Assembly (NCBI GenBank): GCA_965235115.1
Contig: OZ249436.1
Location: forward strand, 17,672,001-17,736,000
DNA: 64,000 bases
Direction: 5' to 3'
Source: Laetmonice hystrix
Taxonomy: Eukaryota
The translations under genes and the position numbers were made by a program. Each line of letters begins with the position of its first letter. Position 1 is the first letter of the stretch. Positions 40,019-53,434 of the stretch are shown piece after piece. The notes below the pieces were generated by a model. The model did not search any database. It was given only the letters and a program-made list of their open reading frames with translations, and was not told the DNA's origin.

Positions 40019-40091
<73 letters not shown>
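40019..40091. repeat. (AT)n microsatellite
   Basis: Perfect dinucleotide run. Confidence 0.98.
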
Positions 40092-40098
<7 letters not shown>

Positions 40099-40130
40099 GA
40101 TATTGTACGTGTGATATACATCTTTATCAT

Positions 40131-41128
40131 CGCTCAGACCCCCGGGCAGATCCCCCGCTCAGACCCCCCGCTCAGACCCCCGGGCAGACCCACCGGGCAG
40201 ATCCCCGGGCAGACTCACCGCTCAGACCCACCGCTCAGACCCCCGGGCAGATCCCCCGCTCAGACCCCCCGCTCAGACCCCCCGCTCAGACCCCCGGGCA
40301 GACCCACCGGGCAGATCCCCGGGCAGACTCACCGCTCAGACCCACCGGTCAGACCCCCGGGCAGACCCACCGCTCAGACCCCCGGGCAGACCCACCGCTC
40401 AGACTCCCGGGCAGACCCACCGCTCAGACCCCCGGGCAGATCCCCCGCTCAGACCCCCCCACCGCTCAGACCCCCGGGCAGACCCACCGGGCAGATCCCC
40501 GGGCAGACTCACCGCTCAGACCCACCGCTCAGACCCCCGGGCAGATCCCCCGCTCGACCCCCCGCTCATACCCACCGCTCAGATCCCCGGGCAGACCCAC
40601 CGGGCAGACCCCCGGGCAGACACACCGCTCAGACCCCCGGGCAGACTCACCGCTCAGATCGACCTACCGCTCAGATCCCCGGGCAGACCCACCGCTCAGA
40701 CCCCCGGGCAGACACACCGCTCAGACCCCCGGGCAGACACACCGCTCAGATCCCCGGGCAGACCCACCGCTCAGACCCCCGGGCGGACACACCGCTCAGA
40801 CCCCCGTGCAGACCCACCGCTCAGACCCCCGGGCAGACCCACCGGTCAGATCCCCGGGCAGACTCACCGCTCAGACCCACCGCTCAGACCCCCGGGCAGA
40901 CCCATCGGTCAGACCCCCGGGCAGACCCACCGCTCAGATCCCCGGGCAGACCCACCGCTCAGACCCCCGGGCAGACACACCGCTCAGACCCCCGGGCAGA
41001 CCCACCGGTCAGACCCACCGCTCAGACCCCCGGGCAGACCCACCGGTCAGATCCCCGGGCAGACTCACCGCTCAGACCCACCGCTCAGACCCCCGGGCAG
41101 ACCCACCGCTCAGACCCCCGGGCAGACC
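40131..41128. repeat. Compound minisatellite of 12/13-bp subunits (~25-bp period)
   Basis: CAGACCCCCGGG + CAGACCCACCGCT. Confidence 0.96.
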
Positions 41129-42524
41129 AAGTGCTGCTGTTTTGAGAGAATAGAGCTGTGATCTATCACGAAAACTGGGGATATTGACTTTGTAAAAGTT
41201 AGACCTTCCAGACAATTTGCCAGCCATGAATATGGAGTGAGGTGGAACATTGCAACTTAGATCTCAGTCAATATCGTATCAGGGTAAGAAGATTATCCTC
41301 ACTTCAATTTGGCAGTCAGGCCTCCATACAGACCTGATTGGACGTGAACACGGCAATATCAAATACGATTACTGCTTTTCTTCCTCAAATTCTACCAAAG
41401 TTCAATCCAGATCCGTACTTCCATCGCTTTAATACAGTCATTAGATAGAATTTTATCGCATTGAGATTTATCTCCTGCAGGTTTTAATATATAGGCCTAT
41501 ACTTTTATTTCCAATATTCAAGTCATTATTCAGTCAACAGAAATAATTATCGTTGGACTTTGGACCTGCTGCAGAACCTTCACACATATTTGGCACAAAC
41601 TTTCACTCTCTCCCGGGTTTCCATGTCCTCGGACACAGGTCCTCGGGCCAGGTCCTCAGTCACAGGTCCTCGGGCACAGATCCTGGTCACAGGTCCTCGG
41701 GCACAGGCCCTTGGTCACAGGCCCTTGGTCATGGGAGTAGCTACTCGGTCAGGGGAAGTGACGTCACGTTTACTAATCTCGCTTGATTTTGACCCGAGAT
41801 CAGAATTGTCATTGACTCTGACCCGAACTATAACCCCCCCCCCCCCCGACTAGAACGGCTACGTAATGTCTCGGATCAGTCTGTACTTGGGTCTATATGT
41901 TGACACGCAGCGTGTGCGGATACCCGAGTCAGTTTACAAACACCAGGGCGGCGCTGCGATCGGTGAGATACCGGGACCACCCGGAGTTTAACACTTGACA
42001 CTACAATAACGGAGTTGTTCGGATGAGTCAGTGCCGCATATCGGCTATTGTTGGCACTCAGGTAGCCAGCGCCCGACTCGTGTGTTGCTACAGTAGACAC
42101 TGCCCCCGACAGACGTTAACATGTTGCCTCCATGTTTACCCGTCTACGCATGCGTTTACATCGAGTTGGTAAACATTTACTTCCGGTTCATAACGCTGTC
42201 CGTGTTAGGTTGAGGGCGTGTTGTGTGCGGCACACTACCTGAGGTCAACTAACAAAACGAACCGCTAAAATCTGAGCTGCTTTATTCGGGAGGAGAAAAA
42301 GTGACTAATGGCTTGGTAAACAACATTTAACACGGCACAAAATGGTCGAGGCCTCCTACTGCTCGCGCCGCCTAGCGAGTGAATGACTTCCACGGGAGGG
42401 TGCAGCCCCCCCTACCTCTGACATTTACTGGCGGGGTTCACCAGTCCGTCCCGCCCTGGAGGATGCCGCGTGTAACTGTTAAATACATACTCGTGAAGAA
42501 TCTTCTCTTGATAGCACCCAACCC

Positions 42525-43220
42525 ACAACCTCTGTACGAACAGCGAAGGGGGCCTGCTGACAACCTCTCTACGGGCAGCGGGGGGGGGGGGGGGGGGCTG
42601 CGGGGGGGGCGGATCTAGGATTTTGGTAAGGGGGGTTAAGGGGAGAATTTGCTTAGGGGGGGGGGTCAATTCAGAAAGTTCAATGGGGGGAAAAAGAAAA
42701 AATGGCCGCCTATAGGGGGGTTAAACCTGCTGATGACAACCTCTCTACGGACAGCGAGGGGGCCTCCTGATGACAATCTCTACGGGCAGCGAGGGGGGCC
42801 TGCTGATGACAAGCTCTACGGACAGCGAGGGGGGACCTGCTGATGACAATCTCTACGGGCAGCGAGGGGGACCTGCTGATGACAACCTCTACGGACAGCG
42901 AGGGGGCCTCCTGATGACAATCTCTACGGACAGCGAGGGGGGCCTGCTAATGACAACCTCTACGGACAGCGAGGGGGGCCTGCTAATGACAACCTCTACG
43001 GACAGCGAGGGGGACCTGCTGATGACAACCTCTACGGATAGCGAGGGGGGCCTGCTAATGACAACCTCTACGGACAGCGAGGGGGGGCTGCTAATGACAA
43101 CCTCTACGGACAGCGAGGGGGACCTGCTGATGACAACCTCTACGGATAGCGAGGGGGGCCTGCTAATGACAATCTCTACGGACAGCGAGGGGGACCTGCT
43201 GATGACAACCTCTACGGACA
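42525..43220. repeat. Minisatellite, 36-bp unit, interrupted near its left end
   Basis: TGCTGATGACAACCTCTACGGACAGCGAGGGGGGCC. Confidence 0.95.
42583..42727 (+). mobile_element. Fragment of a GGCGGATCTAGG-type MITE interrupting a minisatellite
   Basis: GGGGGCGGATCTAGGATTTTGGTAAGGGGG matches the reverse complement of the right end of the 25787-25946 element (GGGGAACCTAGGATTTTGATAAGGGGG). No second TIR. Confidence 0.5.
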
Positions 43221-44977
43221 GAGACAAGAATTTTCCTGGATCTTAAAAAGAATGCTTACCATGAAACGATAACATTTCGGAATTGATTGGAGAATACTCT
43301 GGACAATGTCTTGAGTTCCTGTTTCAGTTATTTGGTCTCTGTGTATGACCAACGAAGGTAATCCGAAAAGGTCCCCTGGCCCATGCCCACCCGATCTCCG
43401 ACCCCGGCCTGCCTTCCCCCGTACCGGCCCGCCTGCCCCGACCCCCTCTCCGACCCCGGCCTGCCTTCCCCCGTACCGGCCCGCCTGACCCCGACCCCCC
43501 CCCCCCCCAGCAGTAATTAATGAACTATTAAAACTTCTGTTTGATAGCCCTAATTATAACCTTCGTCCGATCTGATGTTCACAAGGCCCCGCTGGAGGAG
43601 GGGAGAGGGTGCCAGGACCACGTGGTGTATAGGCAGAGCTTGCCTCCCCGACAGATTCCATCAGTTCCTTCATCTATTCTAGATGTGGCCGCTAGGAGGC
43701 GCAGTGTGTCTGGCGGGGCGGCCACCCGGCGGGCGCTGACGATAAGCCTAATTCAACATGAGGACGGGAGAAGATTATCTCAGTGGGAGGGTGTTATATT
43801 ACGCTGGTTGGAGAGAGATAAGTCGACACAGCGTGCGGCGTACGGCCCGGCGTGACATGTCATCACGTTAACTATAATACTCCTGGTGGCAGATGAAAAC
43901 ACAGCCTACCACTGCTTCCTGATCTTCTGATGGGACTATAGGGGTGGGGGCCGGGGGAGGGGGCCATGGGACCTACAGGTCTGACAGCGGTGTCACCTGG
44001 AATTGACCTTTCCGTGGTAGCGAGTACGTTATTCCTTGACAAAAAAATAATTGCTCGCCACCCGATTTCAAAACCTCATTGGGCGCGGGGTTCGCTTTGC
44101 CACTTGAGATTTGTTGTTTCGAACACTATCTAGTAATGTATGTTCGCAGTTAGGAAAAGCTTTTTCCCCATTGCTGAAAAACACGTGGACTATTTCTTCA
44201 CTCGGGTCGATCCATTGGAATAGATTCTAATGGTGTTTTACCTCCGAGAGTACGGTTTGTTGGTAAGGGTCTGCATTTTAAGGTTTCTATGCATGGTTGC
44301 AATGGTTTTAATTATTGTCTCATAATAATTTTTGTGTCATTTGTAACACGTTTGCTGGAAGCTGAATAAAACAACTCCCTAAGTTTTGTCTCTTAAAGCT
44401 ATAAAATGAAGCAAGTCATGTTGTAGGAAATGTGAGTGTTTTATCATTTCATACGAGTCTGATTTGTAAGCGCATGTCGAGATCTGCTGTGCTGCAGGTG
44501 TTTTTCTACATGTTTCTGGTTGTCGTCTCGAGTGCACACCTCGGCGTCTCACGATTGGCTCCAATGATAGCGTTTGTCCGCTAAAAATGAGTCGTAAACT
44601 ATACCGGATCGAGAAGATCGCTAAGAAATAAAGAGAAAATGTAATAAACTATTAAAATGGCAACACGGCTATTGGATCTGCTGTCTGAATGGGGAGGGGT
44701 TCTATACTCGTACAGGTCTGCATTGTTCCACCAACTGCAGTACTCGGCTGAAGATATGTTCAGTCAGAGTCGGTAAATCTTCCAGTAATTTTACAGATAG
44801 GGGGATAAAATGTTTACATTGAAACGTTGGGTAACCGAGTTGCCGCATGCATGCATGGCCTCACCTGACTGAAGGTTCAGGCGTCGTGTTCATGTAAAGG
44901 TGAAAGTATAACGTTTTACCTTTTCTAGGCGTTTCCCAAATATTTATAGAACCTTTTTGCTGACCGGATTAGTATTA

Positions 44978-45793
44978 TAATGTTGTTCTATACTTTCTGT
45001 ATTGCGATGATGACTATAGAGAGTTGATGATGTTGTTCTATGGTACCGGCTGGATTGCGATGATGACTAGAGAATTGATGATGTTATTCGATGGTACCGG
45101 CTGGATTGCGATGATGACTAGAGAATTGATGATGTTGTTCTATGGTACCGGCTGGATTGCGATGATGACTAGAGAATTGATGATGTTGTTCTATGGTACC
45201 GGCTGGATTGCGATGATGACTAGAGAATTGATGATGTTGTTCTATGGTCCTGGCTGGATTGCGATGATGACTAGAGAATGGATGATGTTGTTCTATGGTA
45301 CCGGCTGGATTGCGATGATGACTAGAGAATTGATGATGTTGTTATATGGTACCGGCTGGATTGCGATGATGACTAGAGAATTGATGATGTTGTTATATGG
45401 TACCGGCTGGATTGCGATGATGACTAGAGAATGGATAATGTTGTTATATGGTACCGGCTGGATTGCGATGATGACTAGAGAATTGATGATGTTGTTATAT
45501 GTACCGGCTGGATTGCGATGGTGACTAGAGAATGGATGATGTTGTTCTATGGTACCGGCTGGATTGCGATGATGACTAGAGAATTGATGATGTTGTTCTA
45601 TGGTACCGGCTGGATTGCGATGATGACTAGAGAATTGATGATGTTATTCGATGGTACCGGCTGGATTGCGATGATGACTAGAGAATTGATGATGTTGTTC
45701 TATGGTACCGGCTGGATTGCGATGGTGACTAGAGAATGGATGATGTTGTTCTATGGTACCGGCTGGATTGCGATGATGACTAGAGAATTGATG
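44978..45793. repeat. Minisatellite, 51-bp unit, ~16 copies
   Basis: GATTGCGATGATGACTAGAGAATTGATGATGTTGTTCTATGGTACCGGCTG. Confidence 0.97.
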
Positions 45794-46841
45794 ATATGGG
45801 TCTGGGTTAGAAATATCTGGAGGGTAACCAGACTCTGGGAGGGCGGCGGGAGGACGGCTGGAGCATGGGTCGGAAAGAGCTGGCGGCTGACGTTTATATT
45901 GGGCGGGAACTGGGACAGAGGAAAAAAGACTGGTATTTGTAAGTGTTCACAGTTACGGCTTCAAGTGGTTCGCTTCTCTGTGTATATATATACCTTGATT
46001 CAGGTATGCGGCAGGTAGGGCGGGGGTGGGGGTGGGGGGGGGTGGGGGGGGGTGGGGGGGGGGGGTGGTGGTCTGGGGGACGGGGGCCTCCAACGAGTTT
46101 AACATAATTCACACTGTGGCACCCCAGTAGCTGATACTGTCACATCGCTCGATCACGCGGTGGTGAGACTTCTGCATGCTTGCATTCTGATTTATTTTCA
46201 TATACTATATTCTACCTGATGGCCATGCCAACCGAAGGTGGCGCCGCCTACATCTTTACGGAGGACGGGCGCTGCAATATGTCCAATCAACACTTTGGTA
46301 TACGTCACGGTGACGTTACAGTGACGTTACCGTTACGGTCACCTTGCGTCACGCCACAGAGACGGCTATTTTGTAGCAGACGGTCAGAATTAAAAGAATT
46401 CTGCTGACTCATAGAGACGCGCCATTGTTTGGCCACGGGGGGGGGGGGGGGGGTCTGAAATGGTCACTTACCATTGGAATGAGGCTTTAGCAGGCAGCTC
46501 ATGTGATCTATGCCAGACTTTCCACCAGGTATAATTAAACAACCCCAATGGGCACACAGCCAATCCACGCTGATTACACAACGCCCATCGGTACCTTCAA
46601 AACAATATACAATGACGATTCCTATTGGCTGACCACATTCAAACACGAGATGCAGTCGGTCCAAATCGACACAGACCTGATCGATAGACGTCGAGTTATC
46701 CTTAAGCTTGAAGGGAATTATGCAACATGTCTAGTTGAACATGTTCGCCAGTGGCACAACGTGCGGGGGAGAGAAAAGACCGATGTATTGTCAACATCCC
46801 CTGTCAACACTGTGATATAGTGATATAGTGATGTATCGAGA

Positions 46842-46848
46842 AGAGAGA

Positions 46849-46893
<45 letters not shown>

Positions 46894-46921
46894 GAGGGAG
46901 GGAGGGAGGGAGGAAGGGAGG

Positions 46922-46975
<54 letters not shown>

Positions 46976-47026
46976 TAGGGGAGGGAGGGAGGTGGAGAGA
47001 CATAGCGAGAGAGAGAGGGAGAGAGA

Positions 47027-47056
<30 letters not shown>
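46842..47056. repeat. (GA)n/(GGGA)n polypurine tract
   Basis: Compound microsatellite. Confidence 0.96.
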
Positions 47057-47057
<1 letters not shown>

Positions 47058-47063
47058 GTGGGA

Positions 47064-47922
47064 GAGATAACAATGAATGATGTCTGACCCATAAGGCTAA
47101 CATATGATGTGAGCGAGATAACAATGTATGATGTCTGACCCATAAGGCTAACAAATGATGTGAGCTAGATAACAATGAATGATGTCTGACCTATAAGGCT
47201 AACAAATGATGTGAGCTAGATAACAATGAATGATGTCTGACCCATAAGGCTAACAAAATTTGATGTGAGCTAGATAACAAGGAATGATGTCTGACCCACA
47301 AGGCTATAACAAATGATGTGAGCTAGATGACAATGAATGATGTCTGACCCATAAGGCTATAACAAATGATGTGAGCTAGATGACAATGAATGATGTCTGA
47401 CCCATAAGGCTATAACAAATGATGTGAGCGAGATAACAATGAATGATGTCTGACCCATAAGGCTATAACAAATGATGTGAGCGAGATAACAATGAATGAT
47501 GTCTGACCCATAAGGCTAACAAAATTGGATGTGAGCTAGATAACAATGAATGATGTCTAACCCATAAGGCTATAACAAATGATGTGAGCTAGATAACAAT
47601 GAATGATGTCTGACCCATACGGCTAACAAAATGTGAGCGAGATAACAATGAATGATGTCTGACCCATAAGGCTAACGAATGATGTGAGCGAGATAACAAT
47701 GAATGATGTCTGACCCATAAGGTTATAACAAATGATGTGAGCTAGATAACAATGAATGATGTCTGACCCATACGGCTAACAAAATGTGAGCGAGATAACA
47801 ATGAATGATGTCTGACCCATAAGGCTATAACAAATGATGTGAGCTAGATAACAATGAATGATGTCTGACCCATACGGCTAACAAAATGTGAGCGAGATAA
47901 CAATGAATGATGTCTGACCCAT
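47064..47922. repeat. Minisatellite, ~49-55-bp unit, ~16 copies
   Basis: GAGATAACAATGAATGATGTCTGACCCATAAGGCTATAACAAATGATGTGAGC. Confidence 0.96.
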
Positions 47923-49611
47923 GCTCTGTGCTGTAACATCAGCATAATCCATGGCGATCGGACCGTCTAAACGTAACCTTCAAGTCCCTCTGTGTATGCG
48001 TTCGTGAACGGTTCATGTCTGTCTCAATTATCGCTGTTCTCTCGTCACTCTCATAGGTGACCGTCCTGGAATTCAAACTAAACAAACTTCTCAATAGGTC
48101 ACAACGTGAGTTCTCCACACAAACCCACTTTGCTTTGTTTTTTTAGTGGCAAAGATTTGAAGGTTGTAAAGGGGCGGTGTAGGCACCAGACGTGTCGTCG
48201 TATTTATAGGTCGTCTGGACCTTGATCACGTGATCTACTCGGAATCCCACACCAACCGTAAACCGTCTCGTTAAAGGTCACGTGATTCTATCGAAGTAAA
48301 AATGTCTCAACCGCAGGCCATTAGGGGGCAGTATCGTAGGTATTGTCCGACACTCGCCGCGTGTCTGGTTAGCGAGTATGGGGGTGGTGGCGGCCATCAA
48401 ATCACGCACAAACTTTATTCTTGGGCTCCTTCGATATTTAACGAAGTAACCTAACCAAACTGTCACCGATTGCCGTTGTATATATATATCAATATACATA
48501 TAATTATACAAAATGACGTTTATATATCAATACTCGTATAATTATACAAAATGCAGTTTCCCTTTCTTTTCCCCCTTATTAGCGCCAGTTTGATCTGTTT
48601 TTCAGACGCGTTCGTCACAAAATTGACAAAAGATGAAGATGAATGGATAAGCGCGAGATGTAGACGATTACCTATGTCAGCTGGGTCCAATAAGCCGTAA
48701 ATAATTCTTCAAATTTCAAGCCATACAAACGCTGTAATGTTGCTGTCCTGGATGGAACACCCAATTCTTATTACAGATTTAATGATAATATTATCCTGAA
48801 AATTAAAAGAAAAGCTGCGTATATGTGTTGATTGAGTTTTCAAGTGAGCTGCATTGAGAAGCCGAGCGGTGGTTGGATGCGGCCATAACTCGTCGTTTTT
48901 TTCCGTGGATCTATGCCTTTGTTCCCGGTAGGTCCTGTCTTTGTTAGGCAGGACCGGTTGCAGCACCTCCATGTAAACTGATGAATGTACACATTGCCAC
49001 ACAAAAATAATGGAAAGGATACAGAGGAGGCGATGGTGGATGTGTAATATGATATCCACTGATAATAACAATTGATGGAGCAGTATCGCTGTTAAATTAT
49101 TATACTTGACGTCAGCGGTATTGTTTTATGAGGGTTTGTGTGATGCGGGTGTATGTCGCACAAAGCCTAATCTGTTAAAGGCGCGCTGGGATATCAGTGC
49201 CCCTATTTGAGGTATTATAGTTGGAGGGTAATGATGAATGTTTACATAGGCCTGCGCTTAAACAACAGCTTGATCTCTTTCCCCGATATAGTGGTATAAA
49301 TTTGGCCCCACGATCAATAAGAAGAGAGTCTGGATAATTATAGATACGTCAAACTATCTGGAACAAGATTGTTAGAATGGATTAGAAAATAATTATTGAT
49401 TCACCGCCAGACCCCTGCAGGTCGTCCTCAGCGGGGGAGAGTGACTCTGTGACGGGTTGGTCACTGCCTGATAGTAAGGGTGGGTTTACAGGTCGTGGTG
49501 GGAAAGGGGGGGGGGGGTATGGGGAGGAGACAGGGGGACAGCCGTCAGCGGGGAAAAATTGACGTTTACTTGTTAGTGTTTGTTTATGATACGAATTGGA
49601 TCTCATCTATA

Positions 49612-49798
49612 CCTGTAAACAGATGGATACCGGTCACATGTAAATGTTACAGATGGATACTGGTCATATGTTAATGTTACAGATGGATACTGGTCATATG
49701 TTAATGTTACAGATGGATACTGGTCATATGTTAATGTTACAGATGGATACTGGTCATATGTTAATGTTACAGATGGATACTGGTCATATGTTAATGTT
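49612..49798. repeat. 30-bp unit x6
   Basis: TGTTACAGATGGATACTGGTCATATGTTAA. Confidence 0.96.
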
Positions 49799-49803
49799 GT
49801 TAG

Positions 49804-52026
49804 TGTAACACGGTCAAGTATACACGCAGGTCTGAGGACAGACTGCCATGTAACACGGTCAAGTATACACCCAGGTCTGAGGACAGACTGCCGTGTAACA
49901 CGGGCAAGTACACACAGGTCTGAGGGCAGACTGCCGTGTAACACGGTCAAGTATACACCCAGGTCTGAGGACAGACTGCCGTGTAACACGGGCAAGTACA
50001 CACAGGTCTGAGGACAGACTGCCGTGTAACACGGGCAAGTATACACACAGGTCTGAGGACAGACTGCCGTGTAACACGGGCAAGTATACACACAGGTCTG
50101 AGGACAGACTGCCATGTAACACGGGCAAGTATACACGCAGGTCTGAGGACAGACTGCCGTGTAACACGGTCAAGTATACACCCAGGTCTGAGGACAGACT
50201 GCCGTGTAACACGGGCAAGTATACACGCAGGTCTGAGGACAGACTGCCGTGTAACACGGGCAAGTATACACGCAGGTCTGAGGACAGACTGCCGTGTAAC
50301 ACGGGCAAGTATACACCCAGGTCTGAGGACAGACTGCCGTGTAACACGGTCAAGTATACACGCAGGTCTGAGGACAGACTGCCGTGTAACACGGGCAAGT
50401 ACACACAGGTCTGAGGACAGACTGCCATGTAACACGGTCAAGTACACACAGGTCTGAGGACAGACTGCCGTGTAACACGGGCAAGTATACACGCAGGTCT
50501 GAGGACAGACTGCCGTGTAACACGGGCAAGTATACACCGATGTCGACACCTTATGCTATGCGAATGGGTGCAGTAATCTTTGGGCCTGGGTTCGATTCCT
50601 GTAGAGGACTATACAACTTTTCTCTTTAGGGACATTGTCAAAGTAATTGGGTTACCCCTGATGCCCGTGCATTTCAAAAGAAAAATACAGGTCTGAGGAC
50701 AGACTGCCGTGTAACACGGTCAAGTATACACCCAGGTCTGAGGACAGACTGCCGTGTAACACGGTCAAGTATACACCCAGGTCTGAGGACAGACTGCCGT
50801 GTAACACGGGCAAGTATACACCCGAGTCTGAGGACAGACTGCCGTGTAACACAGGCAAGTATACACACAGGTCCGAGGACAGACTGCCGTGTAACACGTG
50901 CAAGTACACACAGGTCTGAGGACAGACTGCCGTGTAACACGGGCAAGCATACACGCAGGTCTGAGGACAGACTGCCGTGTAACACGGGCAAGTATACACA
51001 CAGGTCTGAGGACAGACTGCCGTGTAACACGGGCAAGTATACACCCAGGTCTGAGGACAGACTGCCGTGTGACACGGGCAAGTATACACCCAGGTCTGAG
51101 GACAGACTGCCGTGTGACACGTGCAAGTACACACAGGTCTGAGGACAGACTGCCGTGTAACACGGGCAAGTATACACACAGGTCTGAGGACAGACTGCCG
51201 TGTAACACGGGCAAGTATGTATACACGCAGGTCTAAGGACAGACTGCCGTGTAACACGGTCAAGTATACACGCAGGTCTGAGGACAGACTGCCGTGTAAC
51301 ACGGGCAAGTATACACGCAGGTCTGAGGACAGACTGCCGTGTAACACGGGCAAGCATACACGCAGGTCTGAGGACAGACTGCCGTGTAACACGGTCAAGT
51401 ATACACCCAGGTCTGAGGACAGACTGCCGTGTAACACGGTCAAGTACACACAGGTCTGAGGACAGACTGCCGTGTAACACGGGCAAGCATACACGCAGGT
51501 CTGAGGACAGACTGCCGTGTAACACGGGCAAGCATGCACGCAGGTCTGAGGACAGACTGCCGTGTAACACGGTCACGTATACACCCAGGTCTGAGGACAG
51601 ACTGCCGTGTAACACGGGCAAGTACACACAGGTCTGAGGACAGACTGCCATGTAACACGGGCAAGTATACACACAGGTCTGAGGACAGACTGCCATGTAA
51701 CACGGGCAAGCATACACGCAGGTCTGAGGACAGACTGCCGTGTAACACGGGCAAGCATGCACACAGGTCTGAGGACAGACTGCCGTGTAACACGGTCAAG
51801 TATACACGCAGGTCTGAGGACAGACTGCCGTGTAACACGGGCAAGTATACACACAGGTCTGAGGACAGACTGCCGTGTAACACGGTCAAGTATACACGCA
51901 GGTCTGAGGACAGACTGCCGTGTAACACGGGCAAGTATACACACAGGTCTGAGGACAGACTGCCGTGTAGCACGGGCAAGTACACACAGGTCTGAGGACA
52001 GACTGCCGTGTAACACGGGCAAGCAT
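49804..52026. repeat. Minisatellite, 43/45-bp unit, ~46 copies, split by a ~150-bp insert
   Basis: CAGGTCTGAGGACAGACTGCCGTGTAACACGGGCAAGTATACACG. Confidence 0.97.
50539..50687 (+). mobile_element. SINE-like insert (Pol III B-box, A-rich end) inside a 45-bp minisatellite
   Basis: ~150 bp of unique sequence splits the array. B-box GGTTCGATTCC at 50589-50599. Ends TTTCAAAAGAAAAATA. No clear A-box. Confidence 0.5.
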
Positions 52027-53031
52027 GCCAGAAAACGATTATTGATCCGGCTATCCGGAGAATACAGAAATAAATATCATGAAAACGGAATCATGATCAC
52101 CACCCATCCGGAAAGAAAACTGAGATGAGAGCCAAGGACAGTTCTAGATATATGTGCCGACAGGAGAGGTCAGTCTCAGTCGTGCATGTGGAGACAAAAA
52201 TCTCGATCACGATTTGAAGTTGGCGATTTGGAAGTTGGCTGACCGATCAGTTTTTTCTCGATGTGGCCCGCGCCTTAATGGCCCGAAAGACGCCCCCCCC
52301 CCCCGATGGGCCACACCTCCCCTGCCCCTGCCCCCTGCCCCCTGCCCCTTGCCCCCCCCCCCCCCACGGATGAGGAGCCACTTGCCATTTCCTCCAGGAG
52401 TCCAATTGCTATGTTACGTACATTGGCATGCGGGCCAGGTGTGGCAGTAAGATTGCCTAACTGTGCGCTGCGGTTTTCCTGGCGGCGCGAGCAGAGAACT
52501 AACCTTGCTTTGCCATCAGCCGCGCACCCTCCCCACCGTCAGGCGGCATGTCCGCTGCCATGGGCCACTTTAAAAGTTGTCATGGATACGTGAAAAGGTA
52601 CATTTTGGTCTCGGTGGGCGCGAGCGAGGGCTGTAAAGTGTGGCGGGTGGTACATCCGGTATAGCCGCAGGTGATGCACCTCTGACAACTTTCTATTTCT
52701 CTTGGAATCAGAAGCTGGCCCGAATTATTTATGAGTAAAATATTTGAGTGAGATATCGGCTCAATCAGCAGCAGAGACTGGGCTGGGCCAGCTGTGACCA
52801 CGGCCTTCTTATTCTGCGCAGGTTTCAAAGTTTGTACGAGGTTTAACTTTGTGCCCGGGTGGGCCGTGGAGGGCGACAGAGGGGCCATACATCACCGGGT
52901 ATTGACGGTAGGGCCCGCCGGGAGGATGGTGAGGGCCCCTGGCAGGTATCGGACCCCAGCTGGCAGCAGTCGGCCGCTTACAGGTGGCAGGTGTGTGTAT
53001 GGGGTGGAGAGCATCGGATATCGGCCCTTGG

Positions 53032-53434
53032 TACCCTCGGCACCTCCCGGCCCTTGCAACCCCGGCACCTCCCGGCCCTTGCCACCCTCGGCACCTCCCG
53101 GCCCTTGCCACCTCCCGGCCCATATCACCTCCCGGCCCATGTCACCTCCCGGCCCTTGCCACCTCCCGGCCCTTGCCACCTCCCGGCCCATGTAACCTCT
53201 CGGCCCTTGCCGCCTCCGACCCTTAATTGCCCCTCGGCATCCTTCCCACCTCCGGGCACTTGCCACCTCTCGCCCATGTCACCTCCCGGCCCTTGCCCCT
53301 CGGCATCCTTGTCACCTCCCGGCCCTTGCCACCTCCCGGCCCTTGCCACCTCCCGGCCCTTGCCACCTCCCGGCCCTTGCCACCTCCCGGCCCATGTAAC
53401 CTCTCGGCCCTTGCCGCCTCCCGGCCCTTGCCAC
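53032..53434. repeat. Degenerate 17-bp repeat
   Basis: CCTTGCCACCTCCCGGC. Confidence 0.93.

Noticed and set aside
39987..41153. 344-388-aa ORFs
   Set aside because: Translation of (AT)n and a stop-free compound repeat.
24294..45793. Several arrays have unit lengths divisible by 3 (117, 45, 36, 51; also 75, 33, 30 elsewhere)
   Set aside because: About a third of arrays, as expected by chance, and several contain frameshifting units.
50575..50605. tRNA gene
   Set aside because: Only a B-box/T-arm-like segment, with no cloverleaf.
49603..52128. Cys-rich metallothionein-like ORFs (TCPCYTAVCPQ)
   Set aside because: Produced by the 43/45-bp array. Mixed unit lengths shift frame constantly, so there is no sign of coding constraint.
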